DNA of 64,000 bases from Ascidiella aspersa (Eukaryota). Positions 61,887-64,000 of this stretch are shown piece after piece. The DNA lies in assembly GCA_963924565.1 (NCBI GenBank), contig OZ004614.1:22630001-22694000 (forward strand). The letters run 5' to 3'. The translations under genes were made by a program, and so were the position numbers. The notes beneath the pieces are model-generated. The model had not been told where the DNA came from and ran no database searches. It was given only the letters and a program-made list of their open reading frames with translations. Numbering within the stretch: position 1 is the first letter of the stretch; each line of letters starts with the position of its first letter.

Positions 61887-64000
61887 TCTAGAACAATCTT
61901 TGCCTGATTTGTTATCACTGAGTTATATTTTAATTAAGCTCTGATTGTTTGTATTTTTTAATCCAATTTTTTCTTTGGTTGTCCATTTTTAGCATTGTTA
62001 TCAATAAAAAATGTATATAAAGTTTTCACGTCAATCATTTTAAAATTACACTGTTTTGGATAGTTACGCTAATCGCAATGTATATACCATTTAAGAAACT
62101 GCAATGTTATGTTTTCTTAAATTTTGTCAAATGCATAACCCCTTGTAATATTATTATGTGTATCTCCACAAACATTTGTCGATGAGGCCAAAGCTGAAGG
62201 CAAATGGTTGCCGATATTTTGATCATCCATACCAATATTAAACTCTACATACCGTCAGTACTTTATTAGCATGTCACCACCTAAAATGCCCAACCTAATG
62301 TCATACAGGCGCCGTATATTCATAAACATAGCACAATTTAAGCTGTCCGTTACCTGTTATTGATTGGATGATGCGCTACTGAGGTTACCCACTCTTTGTC
62401 AAGGCGCCAAAATATGGTGTATGGATACTTATAGTCGCGCTGCAACTTATCACTTGACAAGCACTTCCTGTTTGAATTGAAGCTTGTTAAGTGTTATGCT
62501 CTTATACTTTATCACATAATTTGTTGTTAAAACTTGCTAAATATATCTGAACCAACAATACTTTTAACATGTGTTCCATTGTCGAAAAGGTAATTTATAC
62601 ATTCCATAGTTTTAGAGTTGAATTAGGCCAATACATTATAAAGCATTAGAAAAGCATTATAATTATGTTTTGGGCCAAATGTAATGTCAACTACAAACGC
62701 CTATCTGTGAGATTTTACTATTTAAAGAAATGTCTGAACAGTTAGTACACACTTCTTTATGTTTGCTATTACCGTGCAATAAGCTTTTGTTGTATAGCTA
62801 TTGTTTTCTAGGTTTCGATTTGCCCCCAAATTATGAAAGATTGACAAAGTTTTCCTTGTTTTTTATCACTAATATCATCTGCTATTCCTTCCTTTGAAAT
62901 ATTTTGCACGAAATTAACGTGAACGTAAGCTATCCAGTTTCCTGCATTGTCGAGTTAGCGATGTGCTGCCTTCTAGACGTATACATTGATTTTTCTTTAT
63001 GCGTTAAACTACGTGTAAAGATGTATGTTGAACAATAATAAGGATTTCGTTTTTGTAATGCCTTCGTATTAACACTTGTTCAGATTTAAATAAACAGGAT
63101 TAAAATACAATGTTAAATGTTATACCTTTTGCTTTTGTGGTTAAGTTTAATTCAGCTTCTTTTAGATCTATCAACGCAATGAGATGTCGCAATATAAAAC
63201 TGCTGTTCTAATATAGAATGTTTAATTGCCTTTTATGTGGGATGTAAGTCGTAATGCCAGTATGACGCCCGCAAAGTCTATTTTTAGCACTGCTATGGTT
63301 GAATCATTTAAAATGAGTCACATGTCTTTCCTATTTGAATACGCTATATGCCTTGGCAACTGTAAGCATCATACTTCTGAAACCAATCAACGTTTCAACG
63401 TTGATGTAACCAAAATACTTGTCTTTCGTATTGAATCCGACTCCAAAATATTGATCTTTCGTATTGAATCCGATCATCTCATATACCGTTTTTTCATTTA
63501 ACCGTATGATTTTATCGTTTGTTGATTTTTGAATTATGAGATACAAGTCCGTCATTTACTGCAGGTAACTTGTATAGTTCTACCTGTACCGTGCTTCAAA
63601 GTTTAGCCCTACAAAATGGAAAATTGCAAATCTGAACGCTATACTATACTTAGAATTAGTGCCTTTTCACTATGTTGAAAATTATTGAAAAGTTATTCGA
63701 AACTTTCAAAATACTACCTACTTCTGTATGGGCTTTGATACTCGTACTACGTCTACGACAACCTCCAACCATTATGTTCCAATGATTCGAAAAAATTATT
63801 TTGGATCACACAGAACCTTTGTCAACCATTTTGCGTTGGCCATATAGAGCCCTTTAATACATCTTATTTTAGGTCTGAAATCTAAACTAAACAACAAACA
63901 AATCTCTGGTAGGAAACAAAAATGATTACAAGTATAAATCACCGTAATTTTTTTTAAATGTAACTTTAGCGTGAAGATGCGTTTTTCCAACATAAATAAA

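Overview
AT-rich, intron-rich animal DNA, probably an ascidian/tunicate (inferred from compact GT-AG introns, dense MITEs and a 'WLRQ'-type intronless 7TM gene; not proven). The main content is a + strand tandem family of large multi-exon receptors that the ORF track shows only as fragments. Joining exons by splice site and phase gives: leader - C-type-lectin-like domain (CTLD) - cysteine-less Ig - FN3 x0-3 - Ig x6 - compact second CTLD - FN3-like region - Ser/Thr/Pro stalk - TM - Tyr-rich tail ending in an ITIM consensus (SVYEKV). Copy A (15264-30875) is open, but its leader was not found and its FN3 acceptor is mutated. Copy B (34958-48590) appears intact at about 1324 aa. Copy C (51039-59742) stops early and abuts the last two exons of an unrelated adhesion-type GPCR. 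There is a relic copy at 2.6-2.8 kb, and the spacer preceding B and C recurs at 63 kb, suggesting another copy beyond the window. The paralogs are mosaics that vary in FN3 number, lectin loop, stalk length and Tyr motifs, which resembles a diversifying immune/recognition receptor locus (inference). Also present: an intronless orphan 7TM gene, two minimal hammerhead ribozymes, a decayed Penelope-like GIY-YIG fragment, an internally deleted LTR element, tRNA-like repeats and many hAT-type MITEs. All gene models were built by hand without transcript data.
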